A stretch of 41,347 nucleotides of DNA from Neovahlkampfia damariscottae (lineage: Eukaryota): assembly GCA_016618085.1 (NCBI GenBank), contig JABLTG010000169.1, forward strand, positions 1 through 41,347, given 5' to 3'. The notes beneath the pieces were generated by a model. That model was not told the DNA's origin and made no database searches. It was given only the letters and a program-made list of their open reading frames with translations. Positions 1 through 11,366 of this stretch are shown piece by piece; positions within the stretch are counted from its first letter, which is position 1; each line of letters starts with the position of its first letter. A program made the translations under genes and the position numbers.

Positions 1-817
1 TTGATTTTATTTTTTCAACATTAAAATTTTCACATTTTCTCATACAAGTATCGCAACATTCTTTGGTGTATTTATGCATTGTTAAAAAAGTTGAACCTTT
101 AAAATATTCTTTTTGAACTGGTTTTATTTCCCCCCATTTATTGCCAGTTCTAAATGATAATCTTGAAGTGTCAGGCTTTTTATCTGTATAAATACAATCC
201 GTTTTTACTGATACAACATCAATACTTTGTTCCCTTAATTCTTTATACATTAAAAATAATTTTGTTCTCATTGTATCATAAATTAATGCTTAAATTAAAT
301 AAAGACCATTTTTTAATTGTTTTCTTTCTCCTTTATGTTCAATATACCATAATTCTGTATCTCTTACGTGTTTTGGGAAATGTGGGTTATTTCTTTTTAA
401 ATACATATTTGCTTCTTTTTCTGTATCATATAATCCACTTTGACTTCCTTGTGAATATCTTTTTCCAGTTAATCCAATACCTTTATTTAAAATGAATTTC
501 CAATCATCAACTTTTAAACCACTTTCTTTTACTTTATCCATAATTGAAGGTAAAATATCATTATCTTGAATTTTATTTAACTTACAAACAGTCATAATTT
601 TAACTTTTTGATATTTTTTGATTAATAATAAATTAACACCATAAATTAATCTTGTTGTTGTATCAGATAATAATTTATTTTCTGGTGAAGATTCCAATTT
701 GATCATATATAAATTTGATGGCAAAATAGTTTCTCCATTATATTTTTCAAATTCATTAAATGGTGTAGCAACTGGAATAAATTGAGTTTCATATAAGATT
801 GAAGAATAAGGTGAAAA
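1..817 (-). pseudogene. Family-B (protein-primed type) DNA polymerase remnant, Polinton/Polinton-like-virus style; runs off the window edge
   Basis: The frame of ORF 290..724 extends both ways: YSSILYETQFIPVATPFNEFEKY (end of motif A region), KFILNKGIGLTGK (motif B-like KxxxNxxxG), an in-frame TAA at 290-292, then ALIYDTMR...IDVVSVKTDCIY (motif C-like KTD at 197-205). No introns. Confidence 0.6.
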
Positions 818-1297
818 TTAAAAAAAGTTAAATTGCTGTCCGGATCTTTTCCTTCTACTACTAATATCCTTCAAGATTTTTGCTGAAGATTTTAAATGGT
901 GTTTTATGATATCCATAATTGCATATTGAAGTGTGTTAGTTTCAAATCCTTCTTTCATTTTACTTGCTGCTGGAATATATAGCACTAACCATCCTTCTAA
1001 GCGTAATTTCATTGAGAGAGTAAAAAGTAAAGCAGACTTTCCAACACCAGAGCCTCCTCTTATAACTGCACCAATAGAACCAAAAGCTCAATTTGTATCT
1101 TTGTATTCTTTTTGTATTTTTTCAAGCAATTCAGAAGTTTTTTTTCTTAGCATTAAATGAGCCTTGTTTTTTTCTTTAATGATAAGATTAAAATCATTTG
1201 GGTGTCCTTCTGGTACATCAGTTAATTCCAAAGAAAAAAAATCATTCCTAAAGACAATTTGGAAGGTTATAAAAAAGGATTTGAAGCAATTTTTCAA
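818..1297 (-). pseudogene. Disrupted P-loop NTPase fragment (Crinkler/CR-NTPase- or DAP3-like)
   Basis: ORFs 1088..1297 and 818..1012 share a frame, separated by TGA 1088-1090. Read-through gives GAVIRGGSGVGKSALLFTLSMKLRLEGWLVLYIP, with Walker A at 1034-1057. Confidence 0.55.
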
Positions 1298-1373
1298 AAC
1301 GGAAGTATTTTAAAGTATTTTCCTCAATTGAAAGTTGAATTAACAAATACAAAGAATTTTGATAAATGAATAA

Positions 1374-1490
1374 GCAAGAATTATAGTTTCATTACTTTAT
1401 GCAATAAAAAATCATGGTGGTTCAATTGGAGTTGCTGCAATTTGCAATGGTGGAGGTGGTGCATCAGCAATTGTGATCGAAAATATTTAA
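1374..1490 (+). pseudogene. 3' fragment of acetyl-CoA acetyltransferase (thiolase)
   Basis: ARIIVSLLYAIKNHGGSIGVAAICNGGGGASAIVIENI* is the thiolase C-terminal catalytic Cys motif CNGGGG. An in-frame TAA lies at 1371-1373 and no upstream thiolase sequence is in the window. Confidence 0.8.
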
Positions 1491-1550
1491 ATGAAATTTT
1501 ATGTTCAATCAAAAAAAGACTCAACAAACTTTGAGAAATCAACAATTTTT

Positions 1551-4500
1551 TTATTTCTTTTGATGGGCAACAATGTGACAATAATCACTGAAAAGTTGTC
1601 TTTTGTTCACTAAAGCTGACATTGTTTGATCAATAAAATGTTGAGATGCTTCTTCTTTTGTGTTACTTAAAATGAGTGTTTTTTGTAAAAATCCAACATC
1701 ATTTTCCAAAGAGATAAGTTCTGGAATACCAGTTTCAAGCATAAGCATGAATAAAATCATCATTAAACTACCGTTTTCTCTTACAACATCATAAGCTTCA
1801 CATGAAAGTTCTAAAAATTTCTTGAATAAAGGAGATTCTTTTGGATCTTTCATTCCAGGTTCTGTTGTTGTTCTCATGACTTCAATGTATTGAGGTGTGA
1901 AAACAAATGGTGATGTTTCTCTTTTAAGACCAGCAAATGTTTTAAAATGACCAAGAAAATGACCAAAATCAATATGAAATAAATCACCTTTTTTTGAACA
2001 CATAATATTATCACAATGACGATCTCCAATACCTAAAACAAACGTCGCAACGCAATAACCAGCACATGAATAAACAAAATTCATTTGAGCTTTTTCATAT
2101 TCTTTTTTTGGATTAATTTCTTGTAACCATTTTGCAATTGGTTCTTTTTGGAAACAAGCATTAGCACCACCATGAGTTTCAATAACATTAGCAATAGTTT
2201 GTGAATTAAGAACAACTTCAATCATTCCAACACCATCACCAGTTGAAATACAACCATAAGGTTGCATGTGTAAATCTAATCCTCTCTTTCTCCATAATTT
2301 ATCCATGATACGAAGCATTTGTAAAGTTAATAAATCTTGACGTAAATCATCACCTGCTTTAAAAATAACATAAACAGTTGATTCACCACCAGAATCATCT
2401 GCATTCTTAAAAACCAACCATAAAGGAAGTTTAGCTGAATCCATCACTTTACATTTTTCTGGAATGATTCCTTTAACTTCCATTTTTGGTGACAAAGGTA
2501 ATTTGAATTTTGTTGGAAGTGTGAGTTTTTCAACTTCAGATTTTAATAAATTGAGTTGATCTTGTTTTGGTTTATGTTTTAATTTCTTAATTTTCATAGC
2601 AATGGATAATAATTGATCAATTACACCATTTTGTTTTAATAAATCTCTTCTGTGACCACCACAGAGTTTAAGATATTCTTCTAATAAAATACCATGTCTT
2701 TCACGAATTTCTTGAACATGAAGTTCTGCTTTTAAATGCCAAAAAAGAATATGACCAATTAAATGAGTACTTCTTAAAGCTCTTTGAAGTAAGAAACGTG
2801 CAACTGAAGAATCATGAGAATTTTCAAATTTCAATGTTTGAACCAATTGAAGAATGAATTCTGATAATTCATTATCTTCCATGGAATCAATGATTTTAAC
2901 AGCATAACCTCTCACAACTTCATCTGAAAAATTTGAACTTAATAATTCCAAAGCATCAAGTGCTTGAACAGGAGCCCATTCTTCAAGATATTCACGAGCA
3001 ATACGAGCAGCATATGGATTTACCCAATGAACTGAAAGTAAAAATTTTGGTAATGCTTTTGGATTCTTTTTGATAATATCTCTATTTTCCCAAAGACGCC
3101 ATCTTTCTTCATCTGTCATTGATAAACAACTTTGAACTGGATCCATATTGATAATTCTTTGGAGAGTTGTGTCTAAAGCTCCTTTTGATAAAATTTTTGT
3201 TTTTTGTTTCCAAATTTTTTCATATTCTTCTTGTTCTTTGACAAAACGTTCTGGAATAGTACCACTTGTTGGAATTACAACTGGTAATGAATATTCATCA
3301 AATTCAAGAGCAATGACTGGTGGATCATCATCTAAACTGACATTTTCTTGACATGTTCCAATGACATTTGCAACTGCATCTGGCCAAAGTTTAAGTGAAA
3401 CTTTACCAGTTTTTAAAGCTCCACGATAATTAAATAATTGAACATTCACCCATCCAAAAGCAAAATCATTTTTACCTGGTATTGCTTCAATTTTGTCCCA
3501 ATCTTTATATTGTTTTGTTCCATAAACAGTAATACAAAGTCTTGTTTCTTTTGGAAGATTACAAAGTTTCAATCCTGGAATTTCTAATCTTTGCATAAAT
3601 CTTGGATCTTTGCTATAAGGTTCTACTCTTGTATACTTCTTTTGTGAAATTGCTTTACCAGCATAGAAGCATTGAAGACAGATATAAACACCTGAACCAT
3701 CATAGACGTCTCCAATAGCCTTTAAATAAGCTTCACTTGGTTTGATATTATCAAGACCCACTACTTTAACATTTAAAGGTGATGTTAAATCCCAAAGTGA
3801 GATAACATCCATATCTTCCCATTCTTTAGCACTAAATGTGATTTCATCATGATTGTAACCTCTTTGTGAATGTTTATAATTGAAATCATAATCAATATCA
3901 ACTAATTTTGAAGCAGTTTGATCTGTTTCAGCTAATACAGTTTCTTTGTCCATTAAAGTAACTTGAGGAGTTTTTCCTTGTTTGACCATTTTTCTGTATT
4001 TGGTGTTTTTAGTTTTTTCTTTTTTTTTACCTGAAATATTCAAAATCTAATAATTTTGAGTCACCATAAAAAAAGTCAGCAGCACCTGTTGTTTTAAAAA
4101 CAAAGTCATTTGCAGTTGAAGCTTCAACAACAACAGATTGATCAAGTTTTGTGAAAGCATATTCTGTGAATCCATTAGCTGATAATTCAGGATCAACAGC
4201 AATAGTTTTAGTAACAGTTGAATTCTTTTTGACCAAAGTAACTTTACAAATGAATCTTTTGTTAATTTCTTGTGGAATTGGACCTCCAGCTTTGAATGAA
4301 GGAGGAAGGTGAAGTTTATTTGTTGTTTGATCACCTAAACTACGAACTTCATTGATTGTTTTTCTAAAAAGTTGTACTTCATCAGATTCTGTTGACCATT
4401 CTTTTTTACTTCCAATTAAAAGACATGTTTCTTTTTCAATATCTTGTTCGGTTGCATTTTCAACTGCTTTTCTTGCTGTGACTTCATCTTCAAGTAAATA

Positions 4501-4684
4501 TGGTTTGTAATCTTAAAATTAAGGTCAATAGTTTTTTTTTACCTTCGATGTTGATTTGTCCTCTTTGGTCAAGTTTTTTCATCAATCTTTCATATTCTGC
4601 TTGTTTTTCTGCGTTTTCAGATTCAGCTTCTTTTTGAGCATCTGTCATATCTAATTCATCTTTTGAAGGATTTTTTTTTGACAT
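1551..4684 (-). CDS. Class I phosphoinositide 3-kinase catalytic subunit (RBD-like, C2, helical, kinase)
   Basis: Motifs MDSAKLPLWL, FKAGDDLRQD, LGIGDRHCDN, HIDFG. Introns 4512-4542 (31 nt) and 3994-4030 (37 nt) join three ORFs in frame. ATG at 4684. Confidence 0.93.
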
Positions 4685-4854
4685 TTCTTCTGTTGGGTCA
4701 GTTGTGGAAAAAAATTTAATGGGATTGGTCAGTTGTTCAACCAATAATTATCATCAAACAAAAATTGTTTTTTGTTATTAAATTCCTAGAATTTATTAAT
4801 TTCTTTGTTTTTAAAATAAACTGATTTGTCCCACCAATCAAATTATAATTTAAC

Positions 4855-5259
4855 ATGAATCACAGTTTTGATGTGTTAGAACAAGAGAACGATGATATCA
4901 AAACAGAAGATGTACCAACAATATTAGAACTTATTTATTTCGGTATTTTATTATTCTCATTGCCCATTATTTGGTTAATCAATCTTTTTTTACCTGTAAA
5001 ATATTTCTTATTATTTTTTGGTTCCAGACTTGAAAATTGGTTGAAATCTACATTCGGTAAAAGTATAGGAAATAGTTTAATTGCTTTAAATTTTATGCGT
5101 TTCTTCAAAGAATCAGAAAAATCAGAATTGCCATTTTATATATTCGGAGTTATTTTATTTTTTATATCACCTTCAATTTGGGACTCCATTTTAGCACCTT
5201 TGATCATCATTGGAATATTCAGTTGTTTTTATTTTTTATTCGCCAATAAAAAAAAATAA
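4855..5259 (+). CDS. Hypothetical multi-pass membrane protein
   Basis: 134-aa ORF with hydrophobic segments; CCAATCA about 20 nt upstream. The 3' end sits in an A-run and may be frameshifted. Confidence 0.55.
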   Translation: MNHSFDVLEQENDDIKTEDVPTILELIYFGILLFSLPIIWLINLFLPVKYFLLFFGSRLENWLKSTFGKSIGNSLIALNFMRFFKESEKSELPFYIFGVILFFISPSIWDSILAPLIIIGIFSCFYFLFANKKK

Positions 5260-5320
5260 AAATTTTGAATGGTATCATTGGAAGTACATCATATTGAATA
5301 TTGAATTTCAAATTCATTTT

Positions 5321-6055
5321 TTATTTTAATGCTTTTTCAACTTTTTCTTTAATTTCATCCCAGTTGTCATAAACAGGTTTGATTTTTTTTAATTCGTCAT
5401 TGAATTGATCAATAAAATTTCTTTTCACTTTTTGATAGCATTTTAATATTTTAGTGTTCATTTCAGTGAATTCATAACTTGTGAAATTCTTTTCATTCTG
5501 ATATGGAGTTCCATCCAATCCAAATTGTCTTAAGAAAGGTTTATAAATTCTACCACTTTTACTACTGTCCAATTCTATTCTTGTTGGTCCTAAACCGAAT
5601 GCTAATGTCCATTTTGGTTTCATACTTTCAGTCATATTGATATAAATTGGAATTCCATCATCAATTTCTTCAATTTCAACCTCTTCGTATTCTTTTTCTT
5701 TGTCAGTTGGATTTTCTTCAAATAATTCAAATTCATTCATTTTGGTATTTTCAATCTTTAAAATTTTCTTTTTTTTGTGAATTTCTTTTTGGTCAATAAA
5801 CAAAACTGGAATGCAAGGTGATAAAATTGTTTCTTTTTCAGTACTGAGGAAATCTTGAAATTTCATGTCATAACAGAGTTCATTACATGTTGGACATGAT
5901 TGAAAATCCATTTTTTCTGTTAGTTTTGTTTGAAGAGTGATGAATTTTTCTTGTTTTGTATCTTTAGTCAATTCTTTTGGTTCTATAGTGTCAATACATT
6001 CCATGAAGTATGTATCACAGAGTAAACAATTACATATCATTCCTAATTGTCTCAT
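5321..6055 (-). CDS. Hypothetical protein with Cys-rich N-terminus
   Basis: 244-aa ORF with CxCxxC and CxxC motifs and host-like codon usage. Confidence 0.65.
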   Translation of the reverse strand: MRQLGMICNCLLCDTYFMECIDTIEPKELTKDTKQEKFITLQTKLTEKMDFQSCPTCNELCYDMKFQDFLSTEKETILSPCIPVLFIDQKEIHKKKKILKIENTKMNEFELFEENPTDKEKEYEEVEIEEIDDGIPIYINMTESMKPKWTLAFGLGPTRIELDSSKSGRIYKPFLRQFGLDGTPYQNEKNFTSYEFTEMNTKILKCYQKVKRNFIDQFNDELKKIKPVYDNWDEIKEKVEKALK

Positions 6056-6292
6056 TGTTCTTCAGTTATTATCTGGATCTGTTAAAAAAAAAATTTCATT
6101 GGTTGAAAAGTAAACAAACGGAAATTGAATTTTGAAGCGAAAAACAAAAGAAACAAAACTTGAACAACACTAAAATTGAACCTTCTTTCATAGGTTGTGT
6201 GAATGAAAAATTCACACAACCTGCTGAAACAGAAAAGTTACTTTTTTATTGGACTGATCCAAACTTGATCTCTGAATTAAAAACGTTGTGAA

Positions 6293-6844
6293 ATGGATTC
6301 ACCTGGAACACCTTTACTTCAGTGTTCTGTTTGTGGATTCGCAATTTGCATGATTTGTACAGTACCTGTACTTGTATTCATCAGTTTAACAATTTACTAT
6401 TCTGTGGCATACAATACCTTCATCAAAACAGAATGCACTGCAACAAGTAACGCAACAGTTTTAGTCATTAGGACATGTGGATATTACGGTTGTTATCCAG
6501 TCAATTATTATTCATGGTCTGTTGATTTTTTGACAACAGAAAAAAAAAATATTGCAACGAGAACCGAATTCATTTTGAACCCAATTATCAATAAAAATGA
6601 TACATTTACCTGCTGGTATGCCAAATTTTCACCTCAATCAGGTGTTGCTTTCTACAATTACTATTTCGCTCCATTTCTGGTATTTTTGATTTTAGTTTGT
6701 GTTTTAGGAGGTATTTGTTGTCTTTATTGTATTATTTCTTCAATCATTTTTCCAATAGGTATCATTATTGATCAAAGAAATGAACTTGAAAGTTCTATTG
6801 AAAAAGAAAAAAAATCCCAACCATCAATACCAGAAAATAAATAA
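6293..6844 (+). CDS. Two-TM protein with Cys-containing loop
   Basis: 183-aa ORF: TM, TECT...FTCWY loop, TM. Confidence 0.7.
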   Translation: MDSPGTPLLQCSVCGFAICMICTVPVLVFISLTIYYSVAYNTFIKTECTATSNATVLVIRTCGYYGCYPVNYYSWSVDFLTTEKKNIATRTEFILNPIINKNDTFTCWYAKFSPQSGVAFYNYYFAPFLVFLILVCVLGGICCLYCIISSIIFPIGIIIDQRNELESSIEKEKKSQPSIPENK

Positions 6845-6861
6845 TTAAAAAACTTTATTTG

Positions 6862-7492
6862 TTAATATATAATAGTTGATGGATCTTCTTCTTTCATTCT
6901 GATAAAATTGATTTTTTTCTTGCATGCAAAGGTTGCCAAACAAAACACCGCCAAAAAGATTGGAATGACAAATGAGAAGCAAGCAACAAAAAAAAATAAA
7001 ATCGATAGTATAATCAATGGTAAACCTGTTTCTCTGATATGATGTATTGAAACTGATTTTGGAGTTGTTGTATCATAATAACAAGGAAAAAATGATCCAA
7101 GAGCAAATTTTAGGGCAATATCATCTTTTGTAATTTCAGTCTGATTTTTACCTGAAGCTTCATAGTTCACCAGGTATTTGTAAAAATAAATACTTCCTGT
7201 GTATCGAGAATGCACTTCTCGAATGTTTGCGATGTTGATTACTTTACAACTTGTTTCTTGCCACAAATGATATGTTTGTGATTGTATTCCTACTGATATA
7301 GAAAAGTATAAACCAAGTCCAATTGTCACCAGAAAGACGACACAAAATATCTTTTTTTGGAATTTTAAATTTATTTTTTTTATTCAATACCAAAGTCAAG
7401 GTTGTAAATCCACATCCCATGAAAAGATTTATCAGAAAATCAAAGTTTGATTTATGTGGTTCTTTTTCACTTGTGTTGTTCTTGTCATGCAT
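6862..7492 (-). CDS. Two-TM protein with Cys-containing loop, probable paralog of the convergent neighbour
   Basis: ORFs 7244..7492 and 6862..7329 are joined by intron 7351-7390. The ETSC...FPCYY loop parallels TECT...FTCWY. Confidence 0.7.
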
Positions 7493-7561
7493 AAAAAAAA
7501 AACGAAAGTTATTGGATGAATAAAATTTTAGTTTTTTTTTAATTTATACAAAATAATGGAT

Positions 7562-8751
7562 TTATTTTTCAATGCCATTTGAATCAAACTTACTTGAAAT
7601 AATCTTTGGTTTTTTCTTTTCTTTTTCTTCTTTTTCTTCTGGTTGATCAGTCATTGTGACATTCATTTTCGAATCATTTTCTGGTTTATCTTTTGAATCA
7701 GTTTGAATTGAGTCTTGAATTTTTTTAATTGTCCAGTCAAAAACATAATCATATTGATATCCTTCTTTTAAGAATAAATCTTTAAATAATTTTCTTAAAG
7801 CTGAATAATCAGGTTTATCTTCAAATTTTAAACTACGACAGTATTTTATGTAAGTAATAAATTCCGCTAAAAATTTGAATATTTTTTTGATTTGCTTACA
7901 AGGAAATCCTTCACATAAATCTTCAACTTCGGTTGCAACTTTTTTTTCACTGATTTTATCATATTTTTGAGTTTTTGTGGTTGCTTTGAGTCCTTGCCAT
8001 GGTAAACTACCTCTATTAAAGTACATCAAAAGATAACCAAGTGATTCTAAATCATCTCTACGTGATTGTTCAATACCCATATGAGTATTAATACTTGCAT
8101 ATCTAGCTGTACCAGTCAAGTTTTTATTATCTTTATATTGAATATGAACATGTGTTTTATGATCTCTATACTTTTTAGATAATCCAAAATCAATTAAAAA
8201 AACGTGATGTCCTTTTTTTCCAGTGCCCATTAAGAAATTATCAGGTTTTACATCTCTATGGACAAAATTTTTTGAATGAACATATTCTAATCTTGACAGC
8301 TAAATAAATTTAATTTTCTTATTAAAAACGAACCATTTGGTCAGCTAACATTAGTACAGTCTTTAAACTGAATTTTCTTCCACAAAAGTTGAATAAATCT
8401 TCTAAACTAGGTCCAAGTAAATCCATTACCATAACATTATATTCACCTTCAACACCAAACCATTTTATTGTTGGAATACCAACAGCTGTTTTTAAAATTT
8501 AATTTTAAACTTAAAACAAACCTCCAGAAGTATTCAAAAGTTTGTAAATTCTCGATTCATATAATAATTGAGGATGTCTTGTTTTTACAGGTTCTAATTT
8601 TATCGCAACTTTTTCACCAGTTTGTGTATTAGTTCCTTACAAAAAAAGTTGTAAAAAAAAAAAAGTTCTTTTTACCTTGATATATTTCACCAAATGAACC
8701 TGAACCTACTTTTCTTCCAAGTTTATATTTCAAACCAACTCGTAAATCCAT
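7562..8751 (-). CDS. CK1: Casein kinase 1 (delta/epsilon-like)
   Basis: [62 protein letters not shown]. Four short introns, including in-frame 7867-7899. Confidence 0.96.
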
Positions 8752-8888
8752 TCACCGTTTTTTTTTGTTCTAGATAAAAGTGTATTTGATTGGTTGTTTT
8801 TTTAATTTGGTTAAATTTGAATCAAATTTAGAAGAGGATAAAAAAATTTTTTTTTTTGAGAAATTTTTATTTACAGACTTTGAATTTC

Positions 8889-9239
8889 TTATTGTGTTCT
8901 TTTTGGCAAATTGAACTTATAGACACCTTCATAAATTCCAGCTGTTAGTAAACCTACGTCAACATCTTCCGGTAGCATTAACTGCTTCCGTTCAGAGTTG
9001 TCTTGTTTCTTGATAAAAATCTTTCCTGCGTTTTGTTCATAAATAAATTGTTGACTATGCTGTTTTGTGGAAAATTCCACTTGCAGCACGTAATGATCAT
9101 CAAATTCTTCTAAATGTTGAGAAATAACACATGGACAAGATCTTCTTCTTGTTCTTGAAGGAATTTTTTGTAAGTATTTTTTACTAACAGCCAGAGACCG
9201 AGAAGGATCATCTTCACTAGATACTTCAGTTTGCATCAT
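8889..9239 (-). CDS. Small HSP20/alpha-crystallin-like protein (divergent)
   Basis: EFDDHYVLQVEF and LPEDVDVGLLTAGIYEGVYKFNLPK resemble the alpha-crystallin core. Confidence 0.6.
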   Translation of the reverse strand: MMQTEVSSEDDPSRSLAVSKKYLQKIPSRTRRRSCPCVISQHLEEFDDHYVLQVEFSTKQHSQQFIYEQNAGKIFIKKQDNSERKQLMLPEDVDVGLLTAGIYEGVYKFNLPKRTQ

Positions 9240-9472
9240 ATTTGGTTTAACGTTTCACGAGTATACTCGTTGAATTAAAAGCAAGGGTTTGGTGGTTGTT
9301 TTCTTTCAGTTTTGATCACGAGTAACAGAAAACCCTGTTAAAGTTCTTGTTCCTTGTGAGAAATTGAAGTAAAATAAACCAATCATCTCTATTTATCGAA
9401 CGTTGACGAAACATCTGATTGGTTCAACCAAAAAAGGTTAATTTCTGCACAATAATTTTTTTAAAATAATAT

Positions 9473-10215
9473 TTATAAAGAATCATCCTTATATGATACC
9501 AACGAGTCAACTTTATGAATCGATGTTGTGAATGAGCGAAGTCTGACTTCACTGGAATTTGAAATGTATTTTGGTTCTGATTCTTCCCATGTTTTTGGCA
9601 TTTGAGCATCTTTATCAGTGTAAACAAGCAAATCAAATGAGCATACACCTTCTAAAAGTGGTAAAAATGTCACACTTGATGTAATTTGACGAATGAGTGC
9701 TTGAATTTCTTTTGTGATTTCTTTTTTATCTTTTACTTTTTCTCTGTTGATTTATTGTTAAAAAAATATTTCTTACGTATTTTCATCAACTTTGTCATCT
9801 GTTTCAATGTTGAATGTCCATCTTTCTAAAACCTCGTTGGTATCAACATCAGTCAAGACAAGAACTAATTTTTGAACCAATTTTTTCATCAACCAGTCTT
9901 AGAATGATCAAAAATCAATCAAGAATTTACCTTCAATTTTTAAATTTTTTTAAATTTTTTTACCTTCTAATTGAATTAAGACAGTATTTAAATATTTTTT
10001 GAGTCCTTCTTCAGCTGTAATCATCAATGGTAATCCATAATGTTGGACTTTAGTGAATGATTCAGGTGGATACACACCTCTTTGGTACAGAATGCTTTTG
10101 GTTTGTTTAAAATAATTTCTGAAGTTTACTTGTTGATACCGAAACCAAAAAATTCAGTTACGATTTGAGTTGATCCTTTTAAAGTGATTACACTTTGTTG
10201 TGCTGTTGAAGTCAT
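9473..10215 (-). CDS. MAD2: Spindle checkpoint HORMA protein MAD2
   Basis: ITLKGSTQIVTEFF, ILYQRGVYP, EVLERWTF, IRQITSSVTFLP, RLRSFTTSIHKV. Introns 10095-10129, 9898-9963 and 9744-9776. Confidence 0.96.
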
Positions 10216-10294
10216 TGAAGTTTTTGTTTGAGAAAAAAAGCGCTAAAAATAACAACTAGTTATTGGTCGATTTAAACCAATCAGTTTTAAATAT

Positions 10295-11207
10295 TTAATT
10301 TGATAAATTTTTGATGATTTGAGAACCTGTCCAACTTTGCCCAGCTTTTAATTGAATAGGAGTTCCAATACTTGCAACTAAAAATTAAAAAAAAATTTCT
10401 GCTACCTTCAACACAAACCATACGAGTCCAATCATTTTCACCCATATCTCCCATAGGTTTATCCCATGGATTCCAAACTACAACATCATTGAATCCTTGG
10501 AATTCAATACCTGTTTTTTTACCTTCACATTCAATTTCTAATTTTTGTGGTGTTTGATAATAAACTGTATCCATCACACCATTAAACATGATTGATTCAT
10601 TGGTTTCTTTCAATTGTTTCTTGAGTATTTTGTCATCATAAGTAACTCCTTTTAATCCAGTAACCTTTGTCTTTCTGATATCTGAAACATCAAAATAAGT
10701 GTGTAAAGCAGTGGTGAATGCAACATCAGTTTTTTCGTTCATGTTAGTAACTTGAAAATCCATGTGGAAAGAATCAGAATCATTCAAGATTAATTTATAA
10801 TCAACATTGAATTTATTATCCCATACTGACATAGTTTCTTCACTTTGATGAAGATTCAAAACGAGAGTAATTTCATCATCTTTTACTTGTGTAGATTTGA
10901 CAATCCAATTGACATTTCTGCCAAAACCGTGTTGAATTAAAGGACCATTTGGACCAAATTGTGGAAATATAATAGGTATTCCTCCTCTGATAGCTTTTTT
11001 TGCGTATAACGTTTTTGAGCTCAAAAACAAAACTTCTTTGTTTTTTGAAGTTTTAAAAGATGTAACATGTGCTCCTTTGAGATAAATTTCAAGTCTTGAA
11101 CCAGATTTATGATTTAAATTGACCTTTGTCAAGCCTTCTTCGCCTTCAGAAAAAGTAATTCTGTTCTCTTGTCCAAATTTTGATTGTAGTTTTTGTACTT
11201 CGTTCAT
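10295..11207 (-). CDS. Glucose-6-phosphate 1-epimerase (aldose 1-epimerase family)
   Basis: AIRGGIPIIFPQFG, QHGFGRN, ALHTYF, VVWNPW, MVCVE. Intron 10378-10405 restores the C-terminus. Confidence 0.9.
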
Positions 11208-11366
11208 TGACCAATAAAAACACAAATTGATGGGAAAAAAAAAAGAAAAATAAATTGTAACTTATTTCAATCAGCATACTAAAAAAAATTCCTTTTTAAG
11301 GAGTGATTCGAGTATTTTGTCCAATCAAATAGTAGAATAATTATCAGTTGAGTTTGTCTGACGTAA

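Noticed and set aside
1088..1090. In-frame TGA (also at 40987) as selenocysteine or codon reassignment
   Set aside because: TGA is an ordinary stop in host genes here (e.g. 39196, 20152), no SECIS was recognised, and the same left-edge frame also has TAA stops; pseudogene decay is simpler.
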